A stretch of DNA of 31,456 nt from a virus (lineage: Duplodnaviria; Caudoviricetes). The stretch is from IMG/VR virus record IMGVR_UViG_3300030376_005233, positions 1 to 31,456 of that record. One strand, 5' to 3'. A program made the position numbers and the translations under genes. The notes below the pieces were generated by a model, which was not told where the DNA came from, made no database searches, and worked only from the letters and a program-made list of their open reading frames with translations. This document shows positions 1-10,800 of the stretch, in pieces (the stretch's first letter is position 1; the number at the start of each line of letters is the position of its first letter).

Positions 1-111
1 CTCCGTAGAAATGATCCCGCCGATTCGTCCCGTCATAGCTTCCGCTTCACCGGACTTTTTCAAAGCCGTAAACGGGGTCCACACGCTGAATGACTCGAAT
101 CGTTCTGCCAT
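1..111 (-). CDS. Probable prohead (capsid maturation) protease, N-terminal 37 aa, truncated by the window edge
   Basis: Not in the ORF track. The ATG at 111 overlaps the MuF stop (TAATG). My translation is MAERFESFSVWTPFTALKKSGEAEAMTGRIGGIISTE. The F-x-x-x-x-P...KS...I-x-G-x-x-ST pattern is typical of the first strands of HK97/Twort-type prohead proteases, and the position after portal and MuF fits. Confidence 0.65.
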   Translation of the reverse strand, partial: MAERFESFSVWTPFTALKKSGEAEAMTGRIGGIISTE

Positions 112-1193
112 TATTCGGGCTCGCTCCTTAAAAGGCCGTCACGGGTAACGAACATCCCCGGAGGCACCGCGATAGTATCACAGCGACAGTTGGGGTGAAC
201 CGGAAATATCGTAGCTACCCAAGATGCTGCGGGACGGCCTACATTTGTTCCGTTGCTAAGAAGCTCCTGCGCCGGGAAGACTCGTAACGACGATCCGTCA
301 ACAAACAACCTTAAACAGTGAGAACAGGCATCGCTTTCAGGCATCCTAGCGATCCGGGTATCTGCTCCGTAGTCCTGCACTGCATCGAGAAACACTCCCT
401 CGTTGTAGACTGCTTGTAGCTCAGTCCGGGCTATGCGTTCCCAGTTGTGAGTCCAGTTTCCGGTAGCTCTAGCAAGCTCTCTAGCAAGCTCTCCACTATT
501 CGCGTGGTGTTCTACCGCTTCGGATACCTTTTCTCTGATAAGGGCTATTGTTTCCTCCCTTTTTTCAGGGTCGATCTCTTCTACAATCTGGTCGCCGTCC
601 CACCGCTCTGCCAACGATTCGTCCCAGTTTTCGGCTATTTTGTTCCCTAAACCTCTACAGAACTCTCCTGCCCGCGTAGCCGCTTGGGCGTACATGAAAA
701 CTTCTTCGGACGACATCCATTCAGGCGCGTCTACATCTGGCGATATTGGTATCTTCGTCACCGGAGGTTCTGTAGAAGGCGTGTCCGGCTTTAGGATCTG
801 TACAACAGGCTGTGTAGCCATGTTAGCGGCTTTCTCGCGGTCATAGGCTTCCTGCTCGCTATCTCTAATAGCTAGCTCCTGCTTAAGCGTGTCTGCCCAC
901 TCGTCTATTCCCCACCCCCGCATTTCTGTCCGTTGCTCTGACGTAGCCCTGCCTATCGCAGATGCCACCATCATCGTGTACTCAAACGGGTTGATAGGCA
1001 CAGCAAAGCCGGGAATAGGGATCATAACCCCGCGAAGCATCTTAGGGTCTGGAAACAGATCCTTATCCCACATGCTTTGAACGTCCGCCGCGCTCATTCC
1101 AAGACGGTCGCGACCAAACAACTCAACGACAAACGCCTCGTGGTGCGCTTGAATCATCTGCTTAATCGCTTGCTGTAGAGCTTGTCTTTTCAA
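111..1193 (-). CDS. MuF / SPP1 gp7-like head morphogenesis (minor capsid) protein
   Basis: The C-terminal motifs WERIARTE...YNEG, ACSHC and PVHPNCRC are characteristic of the MuF domain. The TTG start overlaps the upstream stop. Confidence 0.88.
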   Translation of the reverse strand: MKRQALQQAIKQMIQAHHEAFVVELFGRDRLGMSAADVQSMWDKDLFPDPKMLRGVMIPIPGFAVPINPFEYTMMVASAIGRATSEQRTEMRGWGIDEWADTLKQELAIRDSEQEAYDREKAANMATQPVVQILKPDTPSTEPPVTKIPISPDVDAPEWMSSEEVFMYAQAATRAGEFCRGLGNKIAENWDESLAERWDGDQIVEEIDPEKREETIALIREKVSEAVEHHANSGELARELARATGNWTHNWERIARTELQAVYNEGVFLDAVQDYGADTRIARMPESDACSHCLRLFVDGSSLRVFPAQELLSNGTNVGRPAASWVATIFPVHPNCRCDTIAVPPGMFVTRDGLLRSEPE

Positions 1194-1495
1194 TCCTCTA
1201 TGCCCTCAGAGATCGCGTCAGAGACTAGCTGTTCGATAGCAGACTTCAGATAGCCCATGCGTCTCTCGTAGTGGCTTTTAGTGAGTTGGGTCAAGTCTTC
1301 TAGAATCTGCATTTCTCCCCCGCGACTTGAGCCCATGGCTTTGTGTACATGATCACCAAACCCATGGCCACCACACGTCTCTCCGAACAACGTCGAGATA
1401 ACTTGACCTACGGCTATGTCTATTTTTTCTTTAACGTCTTCTAAAGAAGAAGAATCAAACTCGCCTTCTCTAGACTCAGTGACTTTTATTTTCAT
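1190..1495 (-). CDS. Hypothetical head-module protein (101 aa)
   Basis: Overlaps its neighbours by 4 nt at both ends, suggesting translational coupling. No recognisable domain. Confidence 0.7.
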   Translation of the reverse strand: MKIKVTESREGEFDSSSLEDVKEKIDIAVGQVISTLFGETCGGHGFGDHVHKAMGSSRGGEMQILEDLTQLTKSHYERRMGYLKSAIEQLVSDAISEGIED

Positions 1496-2541
1496 CGTCT
1501 ACGCCTCGCCTCGTCTATCTGTAGACGTAACCCTTTAAGAACATCAGAGTAAGACATACCCTTCTTTGTCTCGTCCGGCTTGTCTTTCTTTTCTTTAGGT
1601 GGCGGATACCACTTCCGTCCTTTCGCATCGACGTGGGCGTTGTTACTGCTCTTTGGATCGGGCTCAAAGCCTTTAGGAGCGTCTGGATGCCTTTCTGGCT
1701 TAGGCTTGTCGTCGGCTTTGTCCTCTTCAGCCTTCTCCGCGTCTTTGGTGTCGGCTTTGTCCTTGTCCTTGTCCTTGTCCTTGTGTCCAGCAAACTTCTC
1801 TGCCTTCACTTTCCAGTTAGGGTCGTTGCCGGGTACAAAACCTTCCATAAACGCCCACAAGGCCCATTTTAGTTTAGAGCCGTTGAACTTCTTTTTTTCT
1901 TCGTCCTCTTTGCCGCCGTCTTTGTCAGTCTCTTTGTCTACCCATTCGTCGCTACTCATAGAGTCGGAAGAGCCTGCGGGATGCCATTTCCCCTCTTTCT
2001 TAGTAAACTTTTCTCCCGCTTCGGTCTCAATGCTCCAACCGTCAGGTAGTTTATCTAGGGCTTGAGCTACCGCATCCATCGACTTATCACCGTGATCTTC
2101 ACTGCCCTTGGCGTCGTCAGTCTTCTCGCTTTTCTCACGGCCTCCAGAACTGCCCCGTTTATACTGCCACTTCCCAGACGATAGCTTTCTTCTAGTGCCG
2201 CCGCGTGGACCAGCTTCCCAACCGCCAGCGTCTTTCACTAGGTCAATGACCTCAGATAGAAAACCGCCCTTTTCTAGCTCTTCCATAGCTGCGGTCTGGT
2301 CCGCTACCGTAACAACGGTAGCCCCTTCAGATACCGTATGACTCATGGCCTTCCGCTGTACGTGGTGCTTCGTCTCAGACAAAAGCCATTGAGGGATAAA
2401 AGCGGGCGGCTGCTGCTTATCTAAGTAGTCCCGAAGCTCTTGAGTAAGTCTCTGTCTATCTTCGGTAGAAACATCCACGGGCAAGACACCGCCAACCGGA
2501 CAAAGAGCGAGTAGCCTATCTCGTGCTTCTAGTGCGTTCAT
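1492..2541 (-). CDS. Lys/Asp-rich putative internal head protein (349 aa) with a degenerate copy of the shared leader
   Basis: Coupled to the SNF2 gene (ATGA). Highly charged and low in complexity. Contains LEKGGFLSEVIDLVK...GPRGG..RK..SGKWQYK and a C-terminal KKGMSYSDVLKG. Confidence 0.7.
   Translation of the reverse strand: MNALEARDRLLALCPVGGVLPVDVSTEDRQRLTQELRDYLDKQQPPAFIPQWLLSETKHHVQRKAMSHTVSEGATVVTVADQTAAMEELEKGGFLSEVIDLVKDAGGWEAGPRGGTRRKLSSGKWQYKRGSSGGREKSEKTDDAKGSEDHGDKSMDAVAQALDKLPDGWSIETEAGEKFTKKEGKWHPAGSSDSMSSDEWVDKETDKDGGKEDEEKKKFNGSKLKWALWAFMEGFVPGNDPNWKVKAEKFAGHKDKDKDKDKADTKDAEKAEEDKADDKPKPERHPDAPKGFEPDPKSSNNAHVDAKGRKWYPPPKEKKDKPDETKKGMSYSDVLKGLRLQIDEARRRR
1757..1784. repeat. 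Coding hexamer tandem repeat (TTGTCC) x about 4.7, encoding KDKDKDKDK
   Basis: Read directly from the sequence. Confidence 0.9.
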
Positions 2542-5500
2542 TCCGATTCTCCTTTCTTCGCTGCGTCGGCTTCTGCCTTTCTCTTTCGGGCTTTCTCTTG
2601 CTCTTTTTCGTAGATACGCCGCTGCTTCTCCTCAATCTCTTCTAGAGTTTTCGGCTTCTCGTCAGTGGCCATAAAGTCAGAGGCATCTACACCAAGTGTT
2701 TCTGCAATGTTGTCCAGACTCAGCCCTGTTTTTCCGGGTTGGCGCATAGACACCGCGATCGCGTCGTCTGCCTCCATCGTTCGGCCCATGGCTTGAGCCG
2801 ACTGCATCAGCTTCCTAGATACTGTGCGTTCGACTAGCTCCTCTACAGGGTGCCCCGTTGGACGGTAGACAACGACGTTAGACGTCTGCCCTTGCCTGTG
2901 TACGCGAGCGATAGACTGAGCTAAGGCGTCTGGCTTCCACGGCGTATTAAGGTGAACGACGAAGTTCGCTCGATGCTGCAAGTTAGCCCCTGTCTGCAAC
3001 GCACCCGTGTTGCCGACAATCACTTTAATCGTTCCGTCGTTAAGGTCTTTCTCTGCTTGTCGCCGCTTCTTGTCAGACGTCGCGCCTGTGTAGACGGCTA
3101 TCTGATCTCTCGCTAATCCTTTAGCTACTAGAGCCTCAACCGCCGCTTTCACTCCCCCGTTATATTCGCAGAACATAACCGCGCCTTTATCGGGATTCTG
3201 AGATAGATGGTTCATCACTGTATCAGTGCAGTTATCCATCTTCGGGCTCATATACCCCGGAGCATCGTCAGAGAAGCGCCGCGCATAGCCTTCTTGGGCG
3301 TCGAGTAGACGAGGGTCTACAGATAGCTGGATCATACGCATCATGGCGTCCTGTCCGCCTACAGGCGCTGCTCTAGCCGCTGTTCGATCGATATGGTCTT
3401 TGTTATCGTCAGACCTAGCCTTGTCTAGGTCTAGTTGTAGAGTCTCCGCTCGTACACCAGCTTCTTCCGCTTCTGGGCCGCCTCCGCCAGCCTTTGCTCT
3501 AGCTTTGGCGATCTCGTTACGGACTTTCATCCAGTCCATAAGAGCAACCGCCATCTTCTCCTGCGTGTCGTCCATCGGGATTCTAGGAGCCAGATCTTTT
3601 CGTTCAGGCAGGTTTAGCTCTACGTCAGGGTCTGCGGTAGTCCTACAGAAGAACATGTCGGCAGAGTCTCGATACATGTTGCCTAGTTTCTCAGGACGGA
3701 AGCCTAAGATCTTGGCGTTCGCTCCTTTGCCTTCCGTGTAGCAGTAGTTCGTCCCGAACTCCTTAACGTCGTCTCCCAATGTGCCGGGAGCGATAGCGTT
3801 AATGATATGGAAGAAATCCTCTGCACCATTCGGTTTGGGCGTTCCGCTCATACCGACAACACGGCCAACCGGCTTACATACCGCGTCAACAAAGCCTTGC
3901 CCTTGAGCACTGTTAGGATCCTTGAACTGATGTACCTCGTCCGCAATACGAAGGGTGTCGTTTCCGTGCTTTTCCATTAAGCCCTTAATGATAGCGTAGT
4001 CGCTATCAGGCGGGATAACCTGAAGGGTCGGGTAACGGATTCCTTTAGCTCGTTGTTGGTTTCTAGCGGCCCGCTGTACAATGTTTATGTAGGATAGAAC
4101 ATCCTCTTCGTACATTGCCTGAACCTGCTCGTGCGTGAGGATCTCGTCGTAGGCGTAAGAAACATCTTCCTCATGCTGGCCTTGGTCTATCCTGACAGAG
4201 CGTGCCCAACCGCCTTCTACACGGGTGAAATAATCAGAAACGCCTTGCTGTCTGTGCGTTACCCGTATTTTTGTGCCCTCTGGGTAAGCCTCCATGGCTT
4301 TCCTCTGTTCCTTCTTAGAGAGCTTTTCCCCTTCCGTTTCTACTCGTTTTGTCTGGACGACTTCGTAGGTTTGAGGATCCCTGTATTCTGAACCCGTAGG
4401 TGTATCCGGCGCTAACTTAAAGTGATTAGGAATGTCTTCCCATCTTTTTTGTAGAGTCTGCGGAGTACAGACGATCGCTTGTGTCTCGCCTTTAGCCCAC
4501 GCCTCGTAAGCCGCTAGCCGTTGCTTCTTAGAAGCTCCGGTCAGAATAACGGCCTTGCCTTTACGCAGACGCCCTTTAGCTCTTCCCCGCTTCTCTGCAT
4601 CGTCGCCAAGATCCGAGAAGTTGGTGAAGTGATCCTCCCACGAACCGTGGGCCGACTTAGGAGCAGTGATAAACATCCGGTTAGCTTGGCCCTTCTCTCT
4701 AAGAGAATGATAAAGACCGATAGCAGATAACGTCTTGCCTAGACCCATTTCCATACCCCAGATGGCGCGAGGAGCATGGTTAAGACAAAAGTTGACGGCT
4801 TTTCGTTGGTACTCATGCAACGAAAAGCCTCTCTTGGTGAGCTTCTCCATACCCTTGGGAGTCTTGTACTCTCCGTCCTCGTGGCGTCTGTCGGTCACCC
4901 GGCCTATAGTTGTTTGCCAGTCTTCGTCTACAAAATAGCCCCAAAAGGCTTCTCGTTCGTCGTCTCTAAGGTTCGTCCACCAAGCCGCAAGGTTACGCGC
5001 TATAGGGGCATATACGCTCTGCATCTTTTCAGGAAGTTGCTCATACCGTTTACTTCTTCCAACAAGCCCATAGAAAAACTCTTTCTGGAAACCATGTGCT
5101 AATGGCCCTTCCGGGGCATTTTCCATGAATCCCGTATGCAGAAGAAGTTGAGCCGCCGTAAGCTCTTTAACGTCGTACTCTCCGGTAGGTAGTTGAGCCG
5201 CCGATCCGTCTTCTTCTCTCAGTTGGGGTATGTAGATCTTAAAACCTTTGTCGTTATAAGACGTCTTGAAGTTAAAGGGCTCAGGCAACATACCCAAGAA
5301 GTTCGGCGGACGGTTTTCAGCGACCTTAAACGCCTCTTGTTCAATAAGGTTACCCATATCGAACTCTTCCGCTAACAGGTACTCTTCTGCGCCTTCCGGT
5401 GCTTCGTCAGACAGTTTCTCAGAGCCGCTGCCCATAGCCGTCCTAACATCGACTTCACCAGCGGCAGGCTCTTCCCAAGTCTCCGTCTTATTTTCTCGAT

Positions 5501-6188
5501 GCCATTGAGCTACTTCCGCTGTTACCCATTTAGCAACGTCTCTACCTGCTTCGTCTTTGCGGACTAAACGAACAAGCCCTTGTTGGGTTAGCTCAACAAT
5601 GTTTACAGACTCACCCGGCTTTTCTACTACTTCTGTGTCGCTTTCAGGCATCCGATCCCAACCGGGCTCAGATTCCTTTTCCCCGACGTCCGCAAAGCCT
5701 GTCTCTGCCTCTTTAGCGGCACGCTCTTTCTCTCGCTCTTCCCGCTTCATCTGCCGCTTGGCGTCTCTATCTGCTTTCTCGTCTTGGCGCTTCTTTTCTG
5801 CCTCTTTAGCGGCTTCTACAACGTCAGCGAGGGTCTGCCCTTCGTGTTTGATCTTAGCCCGCGTAACATGCTCTTGCATACCCGCTGCGGCCATTGCCTC
5901 TCTAACAAGATCTAGAGACGACTTGCCCTCTTCTGCTTCTACCGCTGTAGGCTTCTTGCTTGGCGTCTTTCCAGACGGCTTCTTTTTGCGTGAGCTTGAG
6001 CCCGATGTCTTCGCCTTCGTTCCGCTTTGCTTCTTCTTCCCTTTAGGCTCTGTGTACTTGTAGTCGCCCCAACCCCACGACATTCTCCCGTGCTTGTCTC
6101 GTTTAAGCACACGCTTTTTCGACTTGTATTTGCCGCCCTCTTGCCCTTTTTTGAGGTCTATCAAGTCAATGATGTCTGAGTATTTCAT
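2538..6188 (-). CDS. SNF2/SWI2-family ATPase with a long N-terminal extension (1216 aa), probably virion-associated
   Basis: Motifs: Q motif LHEYQ, I MEMGLGKT, Ia ITAPKS, II DEVH, III MSGTP, SPK, IV VMFCEY, V TGANLQ, PW-P, VI QSIARVHRQGQ. The start overlaps the portal stop (TAATG). Confidence 0.93.
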   Translation of the reverse strand: MKYSDIIDLIDLKKGQEGGKYKSKKRVLKRDKHGRMSWGWGDYKYTEPKGKKKQSGTKAKTSGSSSRKKKPSGKTPSKKPTAVEAEEGKSSLDLVREAMAAAGMQEHVTRAKIKHEGQTLADVVEAAKEAEKKRQDEKADRDAKRQMKREEREKERAAKEAETGFADVGEKESEPGWDRMPESDTEVVEKPGESVNIVELTQQGLVRLVRKDEAGRDVAKWVTAEVAQWHRENKTETWEEPAAGEVDVRTAMGSGSEKLSDEAPEGAEEYLLAEEFDMGNLIEQEAFKVAENRPPNFLGMLPEPFNFKTSYNDKGFKIYIPQLREEDGSAAQLPTGEYDVKELTAAQLLLHTGFMENAPEGPLAHGFQKEFFYGLVGRSKRYEQLPEKMQSVYAPIARNLAAWWTNLRDDEREAFWGYFVDEDWQTTIGRVTDRRHEDGEYKTPKGMEKLTKRGFSLHEYQRKAVNFCLNHAPRAIWGMEMGLGKTLSAIGLYHSLREKGQANRMFITAPKSAHGSWEDHFTNFSDLGDDAEKRGRAKGRLRKGKAVILTGASKKQRLAAYEAWAKGETQAIVCTPQTLQKRWEDIPNHFKLAPDTPTGSEYRDPQTYEVVQTKRVETEGEKLSKKEQRKAMEAYPEGTKIRVTHRQQGVSDYFTRVEGGWARSVRIDQGQHEEDVSYAYDEILTHEQVQAMYEEDVLSYINIVQRAARNQQRAKGIRYPTLQVIPPDSDYAIIKGLMEKHGNDTLRIADEVHQFKDPNSAQGQGFVDAVCKPVGRVVGMSGTPKPNGAEDFFHIINAIAPGTLGDDVKEFGTNYCYTEGKGANAKILGFRPEKLGNMYRDSADMFFCRTTADPDVELNLPERKDLAPRIPMDDTQEKMAVALMDWMKVRNEIAKARAKAGGGGPEAEEAGVRAETLQLDLDKARSDDNKDHIDRTAARAAPVGGQDAMMRMIQLSVDPRLLDAQEGYARRFSDDAPGYMSPKMDNCTDTVMNHLSQNPDKGAVMFCEYNGGVKAAVEALVAKGLARDQIAVYTGATSDKKRRQAEKDLNDGTIKVIVGNTGALQTGANLQHRANFVVHLNTPWKPDALAQSIARVHRQGQTSNVVVYRPTGHPVEELVERTVSRKLMQSAQAMGRTMEADDAIAVSMRQPGKTGLSLDNIAETLGVDASDFMATDEKPKTLEEIEEKQRRIYEKEQEKARKRKAEADAAKKGESE

Positions 6189-7813
6189 TACTCTACCTCC
6201 ACAATAACCGACTTAACGCGAGGATGTCTGGTCAGGCTCTTTTCTACCTCTTCCGCCTCTCCGCCTAACTTACCTGCTAACAGCTTATCTACATCGAAGT
6301 CTGTATCGCCCTCAAAGCCTTCTTCTTCGCCTTCGCCCTCAAAGCCTTCTTCTTCGCCTTCGCCTTCGCCTTCGCCGCCGCCTTCTTCTTCTTGTGCGGC
6401 CATCATAGACGCCGTGTTCATGTAGCTAGCATTCATAATCATGTCGCCCACAGGAGACTCTAGAGGCTCCAGATCGTACATGGCCCGTGTTTCGTTGATT
6501 GTACGGAAGTTCTGGCAAGCCTTGATGTCGAGATCGACCTTTGCAGTCTCAGACATAGAATCGAAGCCAACGAACTCGATCATTAGCTCCGGGTCGATCT
6601 TCCAGATAACACCGCTGTTGATCCACGACTGCACTGAACGAAGCATTGGCCTAAGACCGCGCTCTCGTGAGTACGTTAGCTGGTCTCCGGGGCCGCTACC
6701 GCTTAGGCTGCTTGACTGGTTCTCGTTACCGTATTGGTAACCAAGCTCTGCCGCGTCCATCCCGTAGACCATGCACGCTTGGCGCAAGAGAAAACTAAGC
6801 CACTGCGTAAACTCCATGTCCTTATTCGACTGGGACATAGACACGTTTTGAAGTTCTTCTTTGTTCTCTGGGTCTAACTGAATGATAGGTGTCCGGTGAG
6901 CGTTAGACGCTCCTGATAACATCGCGTAGAACTCCCTACGGAACGCTCTGAACAACTGCGGGTTCATCTTGGATTTAACCGCTAGGATGCCGCTAGTGTG
7001 CATCCCGTTAGTGAAGTTGTTCGCGTTGAAGTTCTCTGCGTTAAGCAGGTTAGTCACCACCCTAATAAGCTCTTCAAGCTCCGGGTAACCGTATCCGTTG
7101 CTCTTAATCCAAGTGCGCGGACGACGTACACCGAAGACTAGCTCTTCGCTACTAAAGTCGGCGACTTTCTTTTGATTGATAACCTGAACGTATCCGGTCT
7201 TAACAGGATCGTAGCGTCCGGCTTTTCTTTCTTTGTCGGACAACTTAGCGCGGCGCACTGTGCTTGCGTCTACAGCGAGAAGTCCTGCAATCTTTCCGCC
7301 GCGTGTTTTAACCACCTCAAACGTAGCTTGATCAAAGACGAGGCTATCCCGAAGAATCTTACGAATAAAGGTCTCGAAACGATTGTCGTAGCCAAGGCGA
7401 GTGTCCCCGCAAGTGGATATCCACCGCGTCATTTCTTCGATTCGTTTAATGTCCGCTTCTGACGGATCTTCAGTCTGGTCTCGAAGAACAATACGGTAGC
7501 CCAACGAGTAAGGAGTCTGTTGAGGAATACAGAACTCCGCAACCTGATTGATCCGGGTGTTGATAATCGCGCTGATTAACGGGATTCGCGACATGCGTCT
7601 AAGGGTCTTAAAGTCCAACCCGGACGCGCCCTCTCGATTCTCCAGACCCATAGCGGCCTGCATTTCCTGAAAGGCAAAGTCGCCTACGTCAATCTCCCAC
7701 GACTTAGGAATAGGCATAGGCCCGTTTTCTGGAGCCATGTTACCTTTTTCTAGGGTGTCGCTGGCTTCTTCGTTAGTCCCTTTGTTGGGAAGTATAAAGT
7801 CGTACCAAGCCAT
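6188..7813 (-). CDS. Phage portal protein (Twort/SPO1-like type)
   Basis: Motifs AIINTRINQV, RDSLVFDQ, GYGYPELE, DMEF.QWL..L, YGMD.AE.G, SRERGLRP.L and TINE.R match portals of Herelleviridae-like phages as I recall them. Acidic C-terminal tail. Confidence 0.92.
   Translation of the reverse strand: MAWYDFILPNKGTNEEASDTLEKGNMAPENGPMPIPKSWEIDVGDFAFQEMQAAMGLENREGASGLDFKTLRRMSRIPLISAIINTRINQVAEFCIPQQTPYSLGYRIVLRDQTEDPSEADIKRIEEMTRWISTCGDTRLGYDNRFETFIRKILRDSLVFDQATFEVVKTRGGKIAGLLAVDASTVRRAKLSDKERKAGRYDPVKTGYVQVINQKKVADFSSEELVFGVRRPRTWIKSNGYGYPELEELIRVVTNLLNAENFNANNFTNGMHTSGILAVKSKMNPQLFRAFRREFYAMLSGASNAHRTPIIQLDPENKEELQNVSMSQSNKDMEFTQWLSFLLRQACMVYGMDAAELGYQYGNENQSSSLSGSGPGDQLTYSRERGLRPMLRSVQSWINSGVIWKIDPELMIEFVGFDSMSETAKVDLDIKACQNFRTINETRAMYDLEPLESPVGDMIMNASYMNTASMMAAQEEEGGGEGEGEGEEEGFEGEGEEEGFEGDTDFDVDKLLAGKLGGEAEEVEKSLTRHPRVKSVIVEVE
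6306..6375. repeat. 27-bp direct repeat plus (TCGCCT)n, encoding the acidic EGEGEEEGF tail of the portal
   Basis: tcgccctcaaagccttcttcttcgcct occurs twice in tandem. Confidence 0.85.
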
Positions 7814-7815
7814 AG

Positions 7816-10800
7816 CTATTGTTTCCCCCCTAGAAGCGCCTCAAAGAATCCTCTTCTAAATAAGGACTTCTGAAGCATGTTTGCTTTCGATATTGCCTGA
7901 ATAAGCTCTTCCATCGCCTCACCTATCCTTTTCCGCTCTTCTCCTTGCGGGTAGGGCTGTGCGTACTTCGCCTTGGGCTTTTCTTCGTCAAAAGGAGTCG
8001 GAGGCATTGCTTCGTCTAGTGCGGCTACAAGACGTCGGTAGCGGTCCTGCTTTTCGTAATACGCATATCTCATCTCGTTGTAGCCCTTCGATTCTCGCGC
8101 TTGCTCATAAGCCTTTTGTAGACTTCTAGTTCGCGTTGTTTCGAGAATAACCTGCGCTTGCATCTCAAGCTCTTCAGACAACTTGTCGTACAAGTCGTCT
8201 GACTCTTTCTTAGCCGCGTCTATCTCGTCCTTAAAAACGGCCCTTTGCTTGTCAGCTTCTGCGCTCTCGTGAGCGTGCTTTCTGTTAGTCCACGCCCTAA
8301 CTTCTTCGACGTCGGGGTCTACCATCTTGCCCGATACGCGGTAGGTCTTTGTCCCCGTAACTAAGTACGTGCTCTCTCGGCCTTGTTTCTCTAGCTTGTC
8401 GCTTAGGTACGTTTCAAAGGCCCGCGCAAACATCTCATGCGGACGCGACCAATAGTCGCCCATAGCCTCAGAGTGCCTAGCAAACTCAGACCGCTTAGTT
8501 CCCACCTCTATATCGTAGGAGCCCGGACCTCTTCCTAACCCTTCTGGGTCTTGTCGGCAATACCTAGAGCGTACATCTGTTTCCGAGTTAAACATCGCCA
8601 TGTGAACCTTTTGGTAAGCCTTCATAACAGAACCAAAGGGCTCTTTGTGGAACTCGGTAAAGTCGATCTTACCGGCCTTGAAACCGTCTGTTACAGCCTG
8701 CATTGTCTTAACTTCGATAGACGCAATACTCAGCTTCTCCGCCAACACGTTGTCGATAAAGTGGCCCCACTCGTGAGCTAACGATCCGCCGCCCGAAATA
8801 GAAGTAAGGTTGATGATCTTGTCGGCAGGTTCGTAGTGAGCCGCCGCGTGTCCGGTCCCTCTAGCTCCAATAGCAATAGCTAGTTTACCTCCCCACGATA
8901 GGTCTTTCGGATCTTCAAGATCCATCAGGTCCGCTAAGTCAAACAACCCTCCGTGTAGTTGCTGGATATGGTGGTCTAACTCGGCGGTAGACATATGGCT
9001 ATCAGAGTTACTGTACTGTAGGTTTTTAAGGTTAAAGTCTTTAATGACTTGCTTTTCGTCGGCTTCTTTAATGACTTTTTGAGCGTACTTCCGCACACCC
9101 TTGCCCGCTGTACGAACGACTTTATCAGGAAGCGACCGCTTCCACCGCTCTCCCTTAGTTACCTCGATACCTGCTTCTTTAAGCTCTTTCTCCTTCTGCT
9201 CTTTCTCTGCTTTCTTGCGGTCCTTTTGGAGCTTGACGTCTTCCGCTTCGACTCCTAAGTCTCTCCACATCTCTTCTTCAGGAAGACCGTCTTTGCTCAT
9301 ATCTGAGCTAGCGACCATTCCTCTATGGGCTGCGAGCGCGTCGTCTTTTTGTCGAACTACATCTGCTTCGGCGGCGACTAGCTCCTCGCCGGTAACGATG
9401 TCTTCCCAACCGTGCATAGCCACGACGCTAGAACCTACACTAAAACCTAACGGTCGATCGTGCGTCATCTCGACAATGTTTTTGCTCCACGCAATAGCGC
9501 GAGCAAGTTTCTTCTTGTCGTTCTTGTGCCTTTTCCCACCAAGACCGTTCTCAATGAACCGCTTACCGAGCGCCGCTAAGGCTTTTCTCGTGGTATTGCT
9601 TTTCGCGTGTTGTTCTTTTTCCTCGTCAGTCAGAAGGTAGCTACTGTGCCGCCCCGCCATCTCTGTATAAAAACGCTGTTTAGCGTCCGGGTCTCCGTAG
9701 TACGAACTGCCGCCTTCTAGCCCTAACGGCCTAGCGATCTTTGCGACGTCTTGGAGCCCTGCTCGAACCGCTTCTCTACGTCGTAGCTTTTGTTTGTGCT
9801 CCCATTCGCTTATGTCCATCCCGTCGTTGACTGCTTTGAACACGTAGCCCGAACTGAACATCTTTAGATCTTGAAGCACCGCGAAACAGTCTTGTGGAGT
9901 AACCGCCCGATCAAGCGACTGCTGAAGAAGCTCCACACCCGCGAGGTAGTTCTTACGGCCTTCTAGGCTATTAGGAGCGTCTTTCTGAACGAGGCTCCAG
10001 ATCCAGTCTTTGACCACATAGGTGTCTGGCCGCTCGCCCTCTAGCATTGCCTGTTTCGGCTTTCTAGGAGGAACAAGAGCTTTCTTTGACACCACCGTTA
10101 TCTGTTGGGCGTTAGACATCTGATCTAGAGCTTCCGGCGTAACTCCGTGAAACTTATCGAATCTAGACCCAAAGACGTGCTCCCCTTGCTCACGAGCCGT
10201 GTGCTTACCTCCCGCCTTGGCTTTTTCTTGTCTTTTTGTAGCTTCTGCTATCTTAGCAGGAGAAAGGAAAGGCTCGCCCGTATCCAAACGAGCGTAGATC
10301 ACAGGCTTGGCGTCTTTCTTCTTTTTGCCCGGAGGAAACTCAGACACAAACCTGAACTTGCCCCGCTTTGTGTCGCTGTATTTCTGGTTTAGCTCTCGAA
10401 CAGTGAGACCGGCAAACTCCTCAATGCGTTTTGAAAGAAGTTGGTCTACCATTGCGTCTTGCTCGCCGTCGTAGATCTCGGCGGTAGCGATAGACTTCAA
10501 CTCTACCCATTCGCCTTTAGCTCCGCGAACTGCTTCGAGCATGTTGTCTTCGCCCGGATATTCCTGCTTGAACTCGCCTGTTGCCTCTGCTTTCTTGATC
10601 CAAGAAGTAGCCCAATCCTTCAGTACGCGCTCTCTTTCTTCTGCCGCCTTAACGCGCCTTCTCGCCTCTACGGCCCGCTTCGTCTCGGCCTCCTCAAGAG
10701 CCTTCTTCTCTGCTGCTCGCCGGTCTCTTTCTGCATCTCGTTGTTCACGGCGTGCTTCACGTTCTCTTTTCTGCTGTTCTCGGAGTTCCTCTAGCTCTTC

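Noticed and set aside
330-350. RMPESD in MuF, identical to RMPESD in the SNF2 linker motif
   Set aside because: In MuF it lies in the conserved domain just before the CxxC and lacks the GW, so it is probably coincidence.
4000-4440. Possible intein in the SNF2 insertion
   Set aside because: No N-terminal Cys/Ser block, no His-Asn followed by Cys/Ser/Thr, and no LAGLIDADG motifs.
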